Below the pieces are notes generated by a model, which saw only the letters and a program-made list of their open reading frames with translations, searched no databases and was not told where the DNA came from. Below are positions 13,935 through 28,073 of a stretch of DNA of 64,000 nt, in pieces. Within the stretch, counting starts at the first letter, position 1, and each line of letters starts with the position of its first letter. Made by a program: the position numbers and the translations under genes. Origin of the DNA: Tubiluchus corallicola (taxonomy: Eukaryota > Animalia > Priapulida); assembly GCA_030141605.1 (NCBI GenBank), contig JAQGDQ010000550.1:80807-144806 (forward strand). Reading direction: 5' to 3'.

Positions 13935-13968
<34 letters not shown>
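13935..13968. repeat. (GAC)n microsatellite with adjacent CAG/CAA-rich low complexity
   Basis: Direct reading. Confidence 0.95.
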
Positions 13969-14269
13969 TACGAGGATAGCAACAAGCAAGAGCAAGAACA
14001 CCAGCAGCAACAACGGCAGCGGCGGCAGCAACATAAAATAACAACAGCAATGGCAATTACTGTCTGATTAGGGGTGCAAATTCTGCTGGCAATGATGCAC
14101 GTGAAAACATTATGGCAATTGGTCATTGAAGTGCACGTCTTTCTTTTTATCCGCGAGCGCTAACTTCATGGACTAGGAAACCCACATCGCCATGCACCGA
14201 TTTTTTCATCCTTTCATGATGCTAGACATCCAATTTTCAATTTTTTAATGCTTGTTAACTGCTTAACTA

Positions 14270-14770
14270 AGCAAGCTATAATCACGAAATTTGCAGAGCA
14301 GACACCTTGGAATGGGGGCCTTAAAAGTGGCTTGATGAATTGTGAACTCAGTCAAAGGGTCAAGTACACTAGACATTAGCTAGCTTCTTAGTTGCCATTC
14401 AACTCCTCTTAGGGTTTTGAATTAAACTAATTTTTTCACGAGTATTTAGTTATTGTGGGGTAGATGTGTACTTGTTTTTAGAAAGCACAGTTTTTAGGAA
14501 GCTCCATAAGAGCTCAAACACGAGCCAAGACACATATAATTGAAAAACTATAATAACTGGAGTCAATAAAGTTGCAGGGTAGACTACCAACGTTTGGGCA
14601 ATGGTAATGTAGACACCTGCGTAAGGACCTTAAAAATTGCGTGGTGAACAGTGACCTCAGTCAAAGAGTCAAGGACAGTGGGTATCAGTCAGTTTTTATT
14701 GTCATTCAACTCCTCCTAGGCCTTCGAGTTACATTCAGTTTTTTCATCAGTTTTAGGTACTGTCATACAA
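14270..14770. repeat. Two tandem diverged units of an interspersed repeat also present inverted at 55270-55930
   Basis: ctcagtcaaag(g/a)gtcaag...cattcaactcctc occurs near 14347 and 14656. The reverse-complement ttgaatgacaat...tttga(c/g)cttta occurs near 55335 and 55743. Confidence 0.65.
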
Positions 14771-17700
14771 TGATCTACAACCATACTCGACCAGATATAG
14801 TCAGGTGTAAACACGGTCACGGCGTTACGCTCGCTGATTTGGATCTGAATTCATTTGGTCCTGTTGAACCAATTTTGCCGGGTACAAATCAAAGTGAATC
14901 TGCAATGTGTTATATATAAGTCAAAAAGATAATGTACCATATTCTGCAGTCCGTGTAGGTGTGTAGCTTAATATGTGGCAGCTGCATGCTGCGCATTGCT
15001 GGCCAATGCGCAGTAAGCTATTAGCGGCGCTGCCGGCGCACATCTACTTTATTGGTACGCAAAGACAGTTAAACCAGAAAAAAGTCATAATCTCAGCCTA
15101 TAATCTCTCTCTTAATGTACAACGTGCTTGTGGTCTCTCGTAATAAATTAATATATCTCTGGATTGACGTCATTCGCGGTTTGAGTGCTTTATTTCCAAT
15201 TGCAACATGATTACTGTTCTTCCAAGAATCCTTTCCTGCCCTTTCCATCATTGATGAAAATATTCTCTCTAAAGATTGTGATAAATATCAGAGGTTAATT
15301 GACGATTTGGCGTGTTGCGTAATAATTTTGATACTAGCAAATGTATTTCTGTGGTTATAATTTTGACAGTCGTAACAACATTGTATTAAGTATTCATATA
15401 CTTAACATTGTATCATGAATGTATCAGCGCATGTGTGTTGTGTACTTATAATTAAGTTAAAAGCTTTGTCTGCAACTAGACACCAATTAAAACACGTATT
15501 CCAAATAAAAGCTTAATCATCATTACCATCATCATCATCATCGTCGTCATCATCATCATCACCATACAAATGACTTTTTATCCAGTAAACACTTATGGGT
15601 AAACAAAAGTGCAATTATGCACACACACGAATGTGGCTAAGGCACCTGCTACTCCAACATTTCATCTTAGAAGATATTCTTAGATCGAACAGATTCCGGT
15701 CCTGTCATAGTTACAACAGCTCAGTGTTAAGTTCTGGACATCGGCTTGAATCGAACCGCATAAAATACTAAACAAATTCAGAAACTGTAGCTGTGGTATT
15801 TGAACAGAGCAACTATTAGCTTTAGCTATTCATAAAACTTCGGTTTATAATGTTAAACCTGTTTAAATCAAAGGGTAAAGACACAATTTGCATTCACATA
15901 TTTGCATTCAAACCTTGCTAAAACTTGCAGTGCGCAACCAGCCAATAAAGCTTGGTTGCAAATTTATCATTTAAGCCTAGAGACTTCGGTGTGATTCAAT
16001 AAAAGATAAGTTTAAAATGACTTTCTGAGAACTTCGATGCATACGAAACAAAATTCACGTACATGCAATTACAATATTAAAGTACTGTGGGTTCTACATT
16101 GTATAACTTAATACCAGTTATAAACATCTAAGTTTAATCATTTCTCTTGGTTGACGGTTTGCGCTAAAAAAATCCGACTTAAAATCGTGCTCGTTTTATC
16201 TTTGCCAGTACTACTTTACGCCAGCAAAGGAAAATAATGCTAGGAGAGAATTATAACTCACATATTTTTCAAGGATAGGATGCACGAAGGTTTAACTTTA
16301 GTTTATATTTAGTAAAAAATGTCAAGCGGCAACCTATAAATGTTTAATGAAAATAAGCAAAGTGAAAATACACAACGTTACAGATATAGGTGCCTATTTT
16401 GTATTTTAAACTTAAACTGATAAGCATTTGAATAATTTTGGACCTGCATACAGTTTTTCTCCAATTTGTTGTAAAGTTTTAGATACCGATACGTAGAAAG
16501 AAAATCATCTTTAGATATAGAAATTTGCGAACTAAATAGTCTTTATTGTGTACAGGAAAAGTCGTACCGCAAACTAAATTAAAAATATCTTTCTCTAGAA
16601 ATTGACCTAGTTAGAGGCCTTAACTGTATTGAAGCCCATATGAATAAAGCGGAGTTTTATTTCTCAACATAATTTTTGATGATTTCATTTGAATAAGACT
16701 GATATATTTTGTTTCGTAAAGGTTGCCAAATTATCGCTATTTTCACGTCACAGTGTTTTCTGCAATCTAAATTTTTCGTTGTAAGTTGACAAAGTAGTTC
16801 AGCTTCACATTATGAAAGTAGTAAACACATTTAGCCATAAGTTATAAATAAAAAAACATATAGTTAATCACAACAAGGTTTTTAATGAGAACGATATTTC
16901 AGGAAATGAATGCTCACTTCGTCAAGCTATGCAAAAAACGAAAATAGAAAATTTACTTTTTGGAATTTTATTTCATTCAGTATGCGTAACCCGATAAAGG
17001 GAGCTTGCATTTCCCGAAATACAGAATTATAGTTGTTATTAATAAATTTTCTTGTCATTAATTATCTCTTTATATTTTCTTGTGGATACACAATATGGAT
17101 GCTATTCAACAATTTATACACAATATAATAGCACGGCAACACTTTAAATGCAGCACACTAAGCAGGGTGTCTTGTCGGACCTTCTCAGGTGATCAGTGGC
17201 TCAAGGTATAAAGTGACATTTTGTTTTCCCTTATAATTTCAGTTGATTGTGGTGATGGCCACGCTTACGCAATTTCGGGAAAACTCTTGAACAAATATAG
17301 AGGTCGACTTTCTAAACCGCATTCTTCATTCAGTAAATTGTTCTATTGACAGTCGGGCCGTTTAATGGAGTACAGGGACTAGTTATGTTTAAAAAAATAA
17401 ACACAAAAAGAGAATTAGTCTTTTGCATAAAAAGAGAATACAAAACAGAAGGAAGCATTGAACTTCACATGAGAATGGACATGACATGCATGAAGTGGGA
17501 AGCAAGCAGCCAGGAAAGCTTGATGGTGGCGCGCTCTGACGAGCAAAAACTTGGTAGCACCCCTTGCACACCTGAGCTGGCACTTACGCGAGCTTCCTCG
17601 ACGTGGCCTTGTGGGCTTCAAACATAAATTGTACCACAACTAGGGGGAGTCATCCTCGGCATGCCTTTACATTAATAAAATATTGTATAATAAAATAGAC

Positions 17701-17997
17701 AAGTTACTTAACGGCACTCAAGGCTGATAAGGTCACAGATGCAATTATGTCTGCATTCTAGAGCAGCTGAAGGATAGTACACTATAACCTAGCTAGGCCA
17801 CACCTCCTGCGAGCGCCAATCATAAGGCGCAGATATAAATACATACTAATAGATGCTCATGGACTTACATTTATTATTATTATTATACTCCTGTTCGTCA
17901 CAATCACGTCATACATAAATTAACCCGGCTGACTTCGCCTATTTAATGGAGGCAGGGACGGGGAAATGTCATTTGATTAAGACGCTCACTTAAAGAC

Positions 17998-20304
17998 ATG
18001 TATGCACTCGCAAACCTTGTGGAGGTCATCTATGACTACTCCTTTTCTCTTTGCCTCCTCTTTCTTATCATCCTGCTCCTAACCTGGAAGAAAGTTGAGG
18101 ATACCCTACCACCCGGCCCTTTTGGGCTCCCGTTTTTGGGAGTCATTCCCTGGTTGGGTCGGAAACCACATTTAACATTTACTAAATGGTCGCAAAAATA
18201 TGGGCCCCTCTTCAGTGTCCAGCTCGGCTCTGAAAAGGTTTTGGTCCTCAATGACTACGATGTGGTCACTGAAGCACTGGTCAAGCAGGGCAATGCTTTC
18301 TCCGGACGCCCGCAGCTGTACATTTTTGAACAACTCAATCGAGGACGCGGTAAGTAACATTTCATTAAGATGTTTTTTTATGATGCTAACTCTTTGATGG
18401 GCTATGTCACTAATTTAACTTTCTGAACCACTAGATCGCAGCTTGAACACGATTTACCGACTTCTAGAGGGAAATTAAATCTTATATTAATATGATGATA
18501 CACGTACCAGTTTTCGGTCAATCGAAGTGCACAAATTGCGCTAGTGCGTCATTGAACAGCTTGACGAGACAAACGTCAGTCGAGAACGTAACGATTTAGC
18601 TAGAATAGACTGCAGTTTGTGTTTATTTTCGCAGTTTATTTCGTCGTTGTTGTTTTTTTGTAATTTTTGTTCATTTGGTTTTTACATGGAAATAATATGG
18701 ACGATTTCGGTTAAAAAACTTGAAGCATATAACGCGAATTCTAAATCACCTGACTTCTAAATTGTAACTACCACTATGTGATTTTATTATTTTTAGCTTC
18801 TTAGTGAGATGACTATAGTTTTGACGTTTGAACTCCTGTAAAAATACTACCTGTATATAATGCACCATTTGCTCTTGTTTTCGAGAAGTAAATCAGTTTT
18901 GTTTGGAAAAACTATATAAGTGTGGAAAACACTTTAATTTCCGCGAATTTGTAAATTGTAATTATAAATTCAGTGTCTTCATTAATAATTAATATTCCAC
19001 CATAAAAGATCTTTATAAAAAGCAACATTTCGATATTCGCATTTGTAGCTATCATCAGACTAAGTTTGAAAAGCTAAATTTCTAAATAATTTTACAAATT
19101 CGGATTCAGAACGTTTCGCTAATATCCGTTTTGCTGATGCTAATGTGTATTGGCATTACGTGTCTTTGTTATATATCACATTATATATACGTTATATATT
19201 ACACATATTCTGAATAAATGTGCTTTAATAATTTTTATAAATATAAAAAAATATGAAATATTTGCATATCTCTAAAATTATTTAGAATTTAACATTCTTT
19301 CTTTCACTACGCTGGTTATAAATATAGTGTGTAGCTGAAATTGCATCTTTAATAAAGATTTTTTTATTGCTGAATTTTAACTAAGTATTGTTTTTGTTAT
19401 AAAGAACTTGCTGACTTTAATAGAATCTCTAAATTTACCATTGAAACTGTGTCTATTATTTATTTAATAAATTAAAAAGTATCAGAAATTACAATCAGTA
19501 AATCAATTTTGGAAAAATGAAAATTTATTCATGTTCATCCACACCCAGTAAATTATTTTGTGAAACACATCAAAACACGACTGAAAAATGGATGGTTTAA
19601 ATTTAAAAGTATACTATTTTTCACATTTGTAAATGTAACTTTTTCTAATGCAAACAGTTTACTCTATTGAAGAAATTGTATGGATGAGCTAAAATGTAAC
19701 TACGTTAGTCAGTATTTTCGACAGCTTGTACGTGGGAGTGCATGTGGCATTAATCATATGGTTAATCAGTCAAGGTCTTGCCTCGCGATGAACTCCTTGC
19801 GCATGCGTAATTGCTCAGTTCTAGTGCACTCCAGCGCATCGCTATTTGCGCCGCCAACAGCAGTTTGCGCTTCCGCTAATCTCGTTTTATAGTTTTGTTT
19901 GTAATAAAATTTGTGCGACAAAAATGCTGTGCGTTTGCTTGAATGCTAATTTTTTTTAGAATGCATGAAATTCGTATATATATAATCACCTCCATTATCA
20001 CATGTTCACCGTCACACTATCGTTTCCACCAACACCACACATTCGATGTTCTTCTTTACCGTTATTATTGCCATCTTTGTTATTAACATTGCCATCACTT
20101 AATTATTGTCATCGTCTGTAATTGCTTATATCTACTTTGTTATCATAGTCACCATTATCTTCCCTGCGATGCAATTGTTATTATCACTATTCTCATTATC
20201 ATCACAGTTACTTTTTCAACATAAAAATCAAAACATATTAATTTTTATCGTCATTATCATTATATCATTATCATTATCATCATCAATCGTTGTCTTCATC
20301 ATCA

Positions 20305-20351
<47 letters not shown>

Positions 20352-22680
20352 CCACCACCACCATCATCATCATCATCACCATCATTGCGATCATCATCAT
20401 AATCATCATCATTATCACCATCATACTCATTATCATTGCAACCATCGTCTTCATCTTCACCGTCGTCATCGTCATCATCATCATTATCATCACTACAGTC
20501 GTCATTATAAAATCATTAATATTCTTATCGCTATCGTCATTATATATGTTTATATTATCGTCTTCATCATTTGTAATCATTACTGAGATTCACATTGTAG
20601 TCAGTGTAAAAATAATTTTGCCTCTGTCATGATCAACATTATCATCACCACCACTACCAAAACCAAAACTTCACTGTCACGATTTCTGCTGTCATCTTCA
20701 TGGGAACGACCGCTTTCAAAGCTGCTGACAATTATTTAGCGTCTCGTTTGGTTTACAGGACTGTTTGATAGGGAAGGAAAGCCATGGAAGGAGCAGCGCA
20801 AATTTACTCTTACCTGCTTAAGAAATTTCGGCCTTGGTAAGCACAGCCTGGAAAAGAGAACTCAAGAGGAAGCACTAGTCCTTACTGACATATTGATGAA
20901 AAGAGGTGGGTGTCCAATAGAACTGGGACATCATGTCACTGTCGCCATGGCCAACATCATGTGCACCATGGTTTTTGGCACTCGCTTTCAGCACAACGAT
21001 GGAGAGTTCAGTCGCCTCTTCAAACTTTTTGATGAGAGTATCCAGTTAGCAGAGTTTGCAGGAGCGTTAAATTTTCTTCCGGTACTCAGACAGTTCCCTG
21101 GGTTGACAAAGATGAACAAATTGTTAGAGAACAGGAGAAAGGAGATTGAGTTCATCAACAAGAAGATACAGGAACACGCGGCTACTCTGGACGTCGACAA
21201 TCCCCGGGATTTCCTGGATGCATTCCTCATTGAAATTCAAAAGCAGAAGGAGCAAGGAAACGATTATACTACATTCACAGGTAAGCCAGGTATTTAGTCT
21301 AAAAAAATCTAAATGCGAAAGTTAAAAATACACAGTCATGTAGGTCTGGTTCTTTCAGATGTTTTCACTGCCATAAGAAGGCACTGTATAAAAAGGTATA
21401 TTTTTCAAACTTCAAGTATGCAAAGTTTTGCTTACATCCTCAATACTTTCATCATCATCATAATTATGCCCATTCAAAGCAAAATGAAAGTCAAACTTTC
21501 TATGGAAACCTTTGCAATTTTACAGCCTTCTCTTCTAGCGAATTAATAAACTTTCCCTTTTTCAGTGGAAGAGTTGCGCATTGCTACAATGATCCTGTTC
21601 ATGGCGTCCACGGAGACAACTGCAACCACAATGCGGTGGGGCATCCTCTACCTCGTAGCTAATCCAAAAGTCCAGGAACGAATTAAGGCAGAAATCGACG
21701 ACGTCATCGGTGAAGATCGGCTTCCCTGTCTGGAAGATCGTTCCCAGATGCCCTACACGGCTGCGGCAATCATGGAAATTCAACGTTGTGGCAACGTCAT
21801 GCCTCTATCTCCCATGCACGCCACCCGCTGGGCGGTCAACTTACGTGGGTACAGAATTCCGGCTAGGACATCTGTCATGGTCAATCTGTGGGCCCTCCAC
21901 AAAGATTCCTCCTATTGGAAGGACCCCGAAACATTTGATCCAGAACGATTCATTGACTCATCGGGCAATGCTTTTAAACCGGAGAGTTTCATGCCTTTTG
22001 GGGCGGGTAAGTTGTTGGATTTTAGTTTTTCAGTAAAGGCGACTAAACCGATGCTAACGCAGTTTAATTCGCATATTGTATTGATGTTTAAATAAATCTT
22101 TTGGGAATAAAGACTATTAAGTTTAATAAGTTAAATGAAATAGGTTTTATAAAGACAATGTAAAGCAAAATTGTGAAAACATTTTTGCGACATAGTCTTA
22201 AAACTAACGCGAATTGTACGTAGCAAAGTTATAACTTTCGTTGTGTAAAGATTTACATGTTTTTGTCTCGTTGAAACTAGTTGAGTCGTTTTGATTTAGC
22301 CGTTAACGTTAAGCTTTACATTTTCTAATCCTCTTGCATGTTCCATTTTTCCAGGTCCACGTATCTGCTTGGGTGACAGTCTTGCTCGAAACAATTTGTT
22401 CTTGCTCCTGACGGCACTGCTGCAGAAGTTCACATTCAAGTTTCACGGTGAAATCACTAATCGTGAAGCCCTAGAAATCCAGGAGCTACGACACAAACTT
22501 TCCATGCAAGAGAACGGCCGCTGTTGCAGAACTCAGCATGTAGATGGCAGCACAGCACCGGCGAACGATGAAAAAGCTCAAGCCGCTGTATTGAAGGAAT
22601 TTATTGAAAAGCGTATACCTGGCATTACTAGTAAACCAAAGCCGTACGTTGTCTGCGCTATTCCCAAAAACGATAGCTAG
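17998..22680 (+). CDS. Cytochrome P450, CYP2 clan, 4 exons, ~546 aa
   Basis: Exons 17998-18349, 20759-21280, 21566-22006, 22355-22680 (all phase-1 GT-AG introns). N-terminal anchor with PPGP hinge, WKEQR (WxxxR), I-helix ASTETT, EIQR (ExxR), PERF, and heme motif FGAGPRICLG. Exact family cannot be assigned by eye. Confidence 0.95.
20270..20500. repeat. (CAT)n/(CAC)n compound microsatellite in P450 intron 1
   Basis: Direct reading; source of spurious poly-His/Ser/Met ORFs. Confidence 0.95.
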
Positions 22681-24317
22681 AAATTAGCTTGGGTGCAAAC
22701 AAGGCATACTATTTTGCCGCTCTCTTATGATATTAATTATTTTGCTCAATGAATATTTCAAATCATAGTGTTTAGTAAGTTGTTTAGTTATACACATGAA
22801 TTTATATAACTTGTATACTCTTATAAACTTCAAAATTTAAGCTAAATTTTAAACACTAAATTATGCTATAATGTATCAAAAACGAAAAATTGTACTTTGC
22901 ACTTATCGTCTGAAAATTCGTTAGAGCCCTAATAGCTTCCCTACGACTTTTTATTCGAACATTTAAGTGTATTATATATATTATAGCGTGATGTGATAAA
23001 AATGCAGCAGATCTGTACAAAAAAGTAGGGTTCTGTAAGCTCACTTAACTCAATAAAGTATTTATCATAGCTTTGTCTATTTTGCTGTGTAAGTCTAGTT
23101 TTGTAAGGCAGCAGTTTCTTACACATGCTACGTGTAAGTTGTGCTAAACTAACTGGATTACTTCTATATACAATTATACTTGACTTAAAAATATCTATTA
23201 AAATACAGTGTATTATCTGTATAAGAAATGTCGTTGTCAATTTGTGATGAATTTGATTACAGTAGTTATATATTATAGCCTATAGTAAATAAATATATAT
23301 ATAAATTTAATATGTAGCCTACAAACTTTTTACTACCCTACTGACACTTTGCGGAATAAAGGGTTAAAGAGGCAAAAATAATAAAAAGGCGGTTTTTAAT
23401 GTTATTTTTGCCCACCTCAAATCAGCTGCTATTGAAAGAATTGGTTCGTCTTTGGCTTTATATTTGTCTAGCAAAATGATATTAGTCCCAAAACACATCG
23501 CTGAGACGGAAAAGCTCATTAAAGACTTTAACTTGAAACAAAGGAAAAATAATATCAAAGTTAATTACTATCACCAGGCTTTAAAGTGTCACACCAATGC
23601 ACCAGGTATAACTACTAATCGAAGAACAATAAAACAGAAAAAAATTTCATTTTGTGAAATCAGACATTTACTGATACATAATTAGAAATTTAACAAATTT
23701 ATCGTCTAAAAATATTTAGGCAGTTTAAGTAACGGATTTATTTAAAAGACAACGTTTCGGTTCTCAACCAACAAATCTGTAATTAACATTAAATTCACAT
23801 TAATTTTTTCTGTGAATATTTAAATTTTTCTTCAGTATAAAAACATAAACTATATTTTTTAAATTATACAATTAGTTGTAATCTGGAATTCATTAAAATT
23901 TTATAGAGCATTTATCACCAGTGAATTTTACTGTAAATTCTTTATGTGTACTGAATTGCAATAATTACTAATCTTTATGATTAATTTGTAAGCCAGCCAA
24001 ATCTTAAAATGACTTAAATTCAAACTAAATGTTATACATAAGTTCTATGAATTATTAGATAATGTGAACTTTTACACTCCATGAATCTTTGTAATCACTG
24101 GAATAAGTAACACATGTTACATGAAATAATTTATTCAAAGCACAAGAAAACCCTTTACTTACATAAAGTTAAAAAAATTCGTCTTGAAATTTTGTATCAC
24201 CTAATAATACTGCCTTATTGCACAAAGAACTTGTATTAGCAGCAACGTTCTATAAAGTTTCAAAATTTAAACTTCCCAAATGCATTTTGGGCGCAGCTGT
24301 TTTGACGGCAAGTTTTT

Positions 24318-24320
<3 letters not shown>

Positions 24321-24396
<76 letters not shown>
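24321..24396. repeat. (GA)n microsatellite
   Basis: Direct reading. Confidence 0.97.
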
Positions 24397-24400
<4 letters not shown>

Positions 24401-25439
24401 AAGAAAGAAGTTTTCAAAAATAGTAATCTGGGCGAGGGCACGTGAATTGAGAATATGACACAATAGCGAACCTTTCTCTATACAGACCGGAAAACGAATG
24501 TCTGCAATATTTGAACTTACTTAATTAAGTAATCGTCAGTTGGGCCTTGCACATCGGGAGAATAGAACTGTTTTTAAGCCGAATAGTAACTGAAAGTGAT
24601 TTTTCGCGATTAAGCCTTCATATTGTAGGCTACTGCCATCCCACATAGCTTCTTCGTGAATCCAGAAACCGGGTTAATGCATTTGCTAGATCTAGATTCT
24701 AGCTCTAGAGTCTGTAAGATCTAGAGTCTGCCTGTCTGTCTTCCGTCAGATGTAAGCTCGATAGGCCACATCAAAGTCGTCAATTGACCATGACGTATAA
24801 TGCCACGAGTTGTTGTTTCCGATCGAAGCTCATGGAAATAGACTTAACAGAGAGCGTTGTATTAGCCCGTAATGCAGCCTAAGTTCCCTAACCAGGGAGA
24901 GGTGCTGCCATGTTACATTGCACTGTAGAGGTCTTCATTAACAACTCCCTAACCTATAACCAAGGCGGGTTTGAAAAAAACAATGGCCTTAATTTTCAGA
25001 CATAAATTCATAAAAAAATCAAACCACTTAGGCATACGCATTTTTAGATGTCTGCAGGAACAAAAACTGCACGTCATTTGTTAACGTGCATGCGTGTAAA
25101 TGAGAAAAATTAATAAAGCTTCTGATTAGCCCCTGAACTGCCACAGTGCGCTACGTACTAGACTTGAGTTTCAAGAGCTAGACTTTTTTATATACTCATT
25201 TTATCTACAATATTATTAGACCATACATAAGGACGAGGTACTCGTACATCTACCAAAATAAAAATAACTTGCTCGTAATGGTCTTCTCAAAACATGCTGC
25301 ATTGACTGCTGGGATAATGATTCGGCCTGCTTGCAGGGTACAACGTTATCAGTTGTAACTGCAGTCTGCTCCTCTAGTAGTAGCTCTCTAGGCCAAGAAA
25401 AAAACATTCATTCATGATTGAATGACTCATCTGCTCAAA

Positions 25440-25600
25440 TTTCATTTGCGCATGGTAACGAGTGGCGCCCCTATCGACTTTTATGGAACTGCATGACGTC
25501 ATCGACCGACGCCGATTTACGTCATCACTCAGTACTGACAACAGAGAGAGCAAACCTGATAATGGTTTTTTGTGTTTTTCACGTAAAATAAATGGTGAAA
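25440..25600 (+). promoter_or_regulatory. Probable promoter/first non-coding exon of the zinc-finger gene
   Basis: CpG-rich patch with a perfect CRE TGACGTCA (25494-25501) and TTACGTCA (25517-25524). T-rich intron-like sequence follows, up to the acceptor at 28048-28049. Confidence 0.5.
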
Positions 25601-28073
25601 TGAGTTTTTTATTTGGTTGTTTCTGTTGGGAATACTATCTAGCAGAACAGTGATAACAATTACAGTGGCATATCCTGCTGCTAATGCAAGTATTTCGTAT
25701 TATAATGGATGTTTAGAAGTGCTCAATAACTAATGAACCTGCTGTACAGTTTGCATGATGTCATGTTCTGTGTTACCAGTACGCTCTCAGTCGATATTTT
25801 TGACAACTTTTCAAACACGCAAGCCAGAAGACGCTGCTATACACTCATTGACATCATTACATCGGGCGGCTTTGCGTTTACTTTTTTGTTTAAAATGCTT
25901 TAACGAGTTTGGATTTGAACTTAATGCTAATGTTTAATAATAACATGAGGGCACTGAAGGGAACGACGGGCTAAAGTAATGAAAATTCATCACGAAATAC
26001 TTTTGAAGGTCTACTCATTATAATTTTTTTTCAAAATTTCAGAGACATACAGCTTAGTTATACATGGAAATATCCACAGGGACAAAAAGGTCTTCAAAAA
26101 ACTTTATTATTGAGTATTATTTATCCTGTAATGTTTTTCCTGTTTAAAAGTACCTTGAATTGGTTGTTTTGAAATTACCTAGAGGCCAAAATTGTTAGGC
26201 TTATGAACTTGTATTAAAATTTTCAGTTTTATGGATTCAGAAATTTATTTGTCTCCCTTTAAGAAATTACAAAAAATATGTAAAATTTTGTAAGCAGTAA
26301 TGCTATTAATAAAATAGACACAGTAGGGCAGAACTGTGTTTTGAATACAAGTGGTGGGGAAATTGATGTTAACTGGAGCTATGTTGTTGTTTTATAATTA
26401 TTTAAATTTATGATGAAAGTCATACATATTCCACTTACCAATAAGATGATGTTATATTGTAGTATTAAATTATTTTGTCTGTCTTTACATATAAAACTGA
26501 GCAATGTTACTAGTTTATACGACTTCAGCAAAAGTTCAATACCCATGTTTCTGTAACTTTTGTTTCTAAAAGATCGTGCAGTTTATTAAATAGCTGTAGC
26601 ACAGCATTTTGAATCTATTGCTATAGGTGTATGGTACATTTACACTTTCAGTGGAACACATTGCTTGAAGTACGACTTATATACCTACTAAGTGCAGATC
26701 ATTATTTTATGTTTGCGTACAGAACAATGGTCATAATAGTGACTCTTTCATTAAACATTTTTTACTGAGCTGTGCTTAAAATTCATTGACTTGGTGTCTA
26801 TAGGCATGTATGGAACATGATACTTAAATCTTTAAGGTGGTTTAAGCTACACAGACTGCTAATTAACACATTACACATACTCATCATATAACATAATGTA
26901 TAATATCATATAATATATAATACACATCAATTAATATAAAAGCCAATATTCTTTACACACTTTATGGACGGTATGCATACGTAATGTGATTTATACGAAC
27001 AAGTGTTAAGAGAATTCAAAATCTTTGATGTACAGGCCTGTGGTGTACAGTTAAAAAGAGTTTTTGGTTTTATAGTGTTAGCATAATGTATATGTTAAAT
27101 AGATTGATGATTTGGGCATTCCAAATGTCTACAAGGTAAACCGGCAAGTTTTGAAAGAACAAGTGTCTGGATAAGTTAGCTAATTATGGATTTGGCTGCC
27201 TTTTTTATGTAAAATCTTTCTACATTATCCTTTGATTTCAAATAAGATTATTTGATTTTTAACAGGTTAATACATGTATAAAATTTCTCAATTTTTCTTT
27301 ACTTAAAATTGAAAACATTTTTAAGAATCGTTTATCAAACTATTAATCAAGAAACATTTATTTTAGTTTTTTTGTAGCAGTACATAATTAAAAAAGTGAA
27401 ACATTTGTTTTTTTAAATACATTTACACTTCTCATAATGACTCAGTAAATGGTAGGTCTGTAATCTTCTGTCATAGAGTTAAAGGCAGAGAAATTTAATC
27501 AGGAAACTGGTTTTTATTGTGCAGATATATGGAATTAGTGAAAGGTTTTCATTAAAATGTGTAACAAGAAAATCTGGAACTCTGACTAATTTTATTTTTG
27601 TACTAGAACTTTTTATACTGAGTAGGTGTTATACAGTTTTACATTGAGAGGAGATAACTTTTGTGTCTTAAACGCGTGATCCAACACAGCTTATTGTGCT
27701 TACTGCCTTACTATCTAGATATTAATCTGGAGTCTTTGTTTATCAGATAAGACATTTTAAGTAAGTTTTTGTAGATATTTGTGTTTGATAAGTTCTCCAT
27801 TATTTATTTTTTTGACTTCATAATAATTGCTCAGAGTCTGATACATTCCTTTGGGACTATTTAGATAACTAACAGTAATGTCTTAGTCTTGATTCCTGTA
27901 TAAGTTTGGCAAGTTTTGCACCATACCTTTGCAGAGAGAAATTATCATTGCCTGCCTTACAACTATAATGTACCAAAACAGTATTTATGTTTGTGTTGTC
28001 ATCTTCATATTCTGATATAATATTATTTCTGCTTTATTTTTTATTTCAGTGAGCAACAGCCAAAAGAATAGAG

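Noticed and set aside
13600-18560. Ecdysone-response-like IR1 elements (e.g. near 14120, 17453, 18547) suggesting the P450 is CYP18A1
   Set aside because: Each has 2 or more mismatches to consensus, and the I-helix does not match what I recall for CYP18. The family cannot be assigned without phylogeny.
20106-20586. Poly-His/Ser/Met ORFs (also 10293-10481, 13850-14056, 24250-24463, 56757-57098)
   Set aside because: They are translations of microsatellites or low-complexity DNA.
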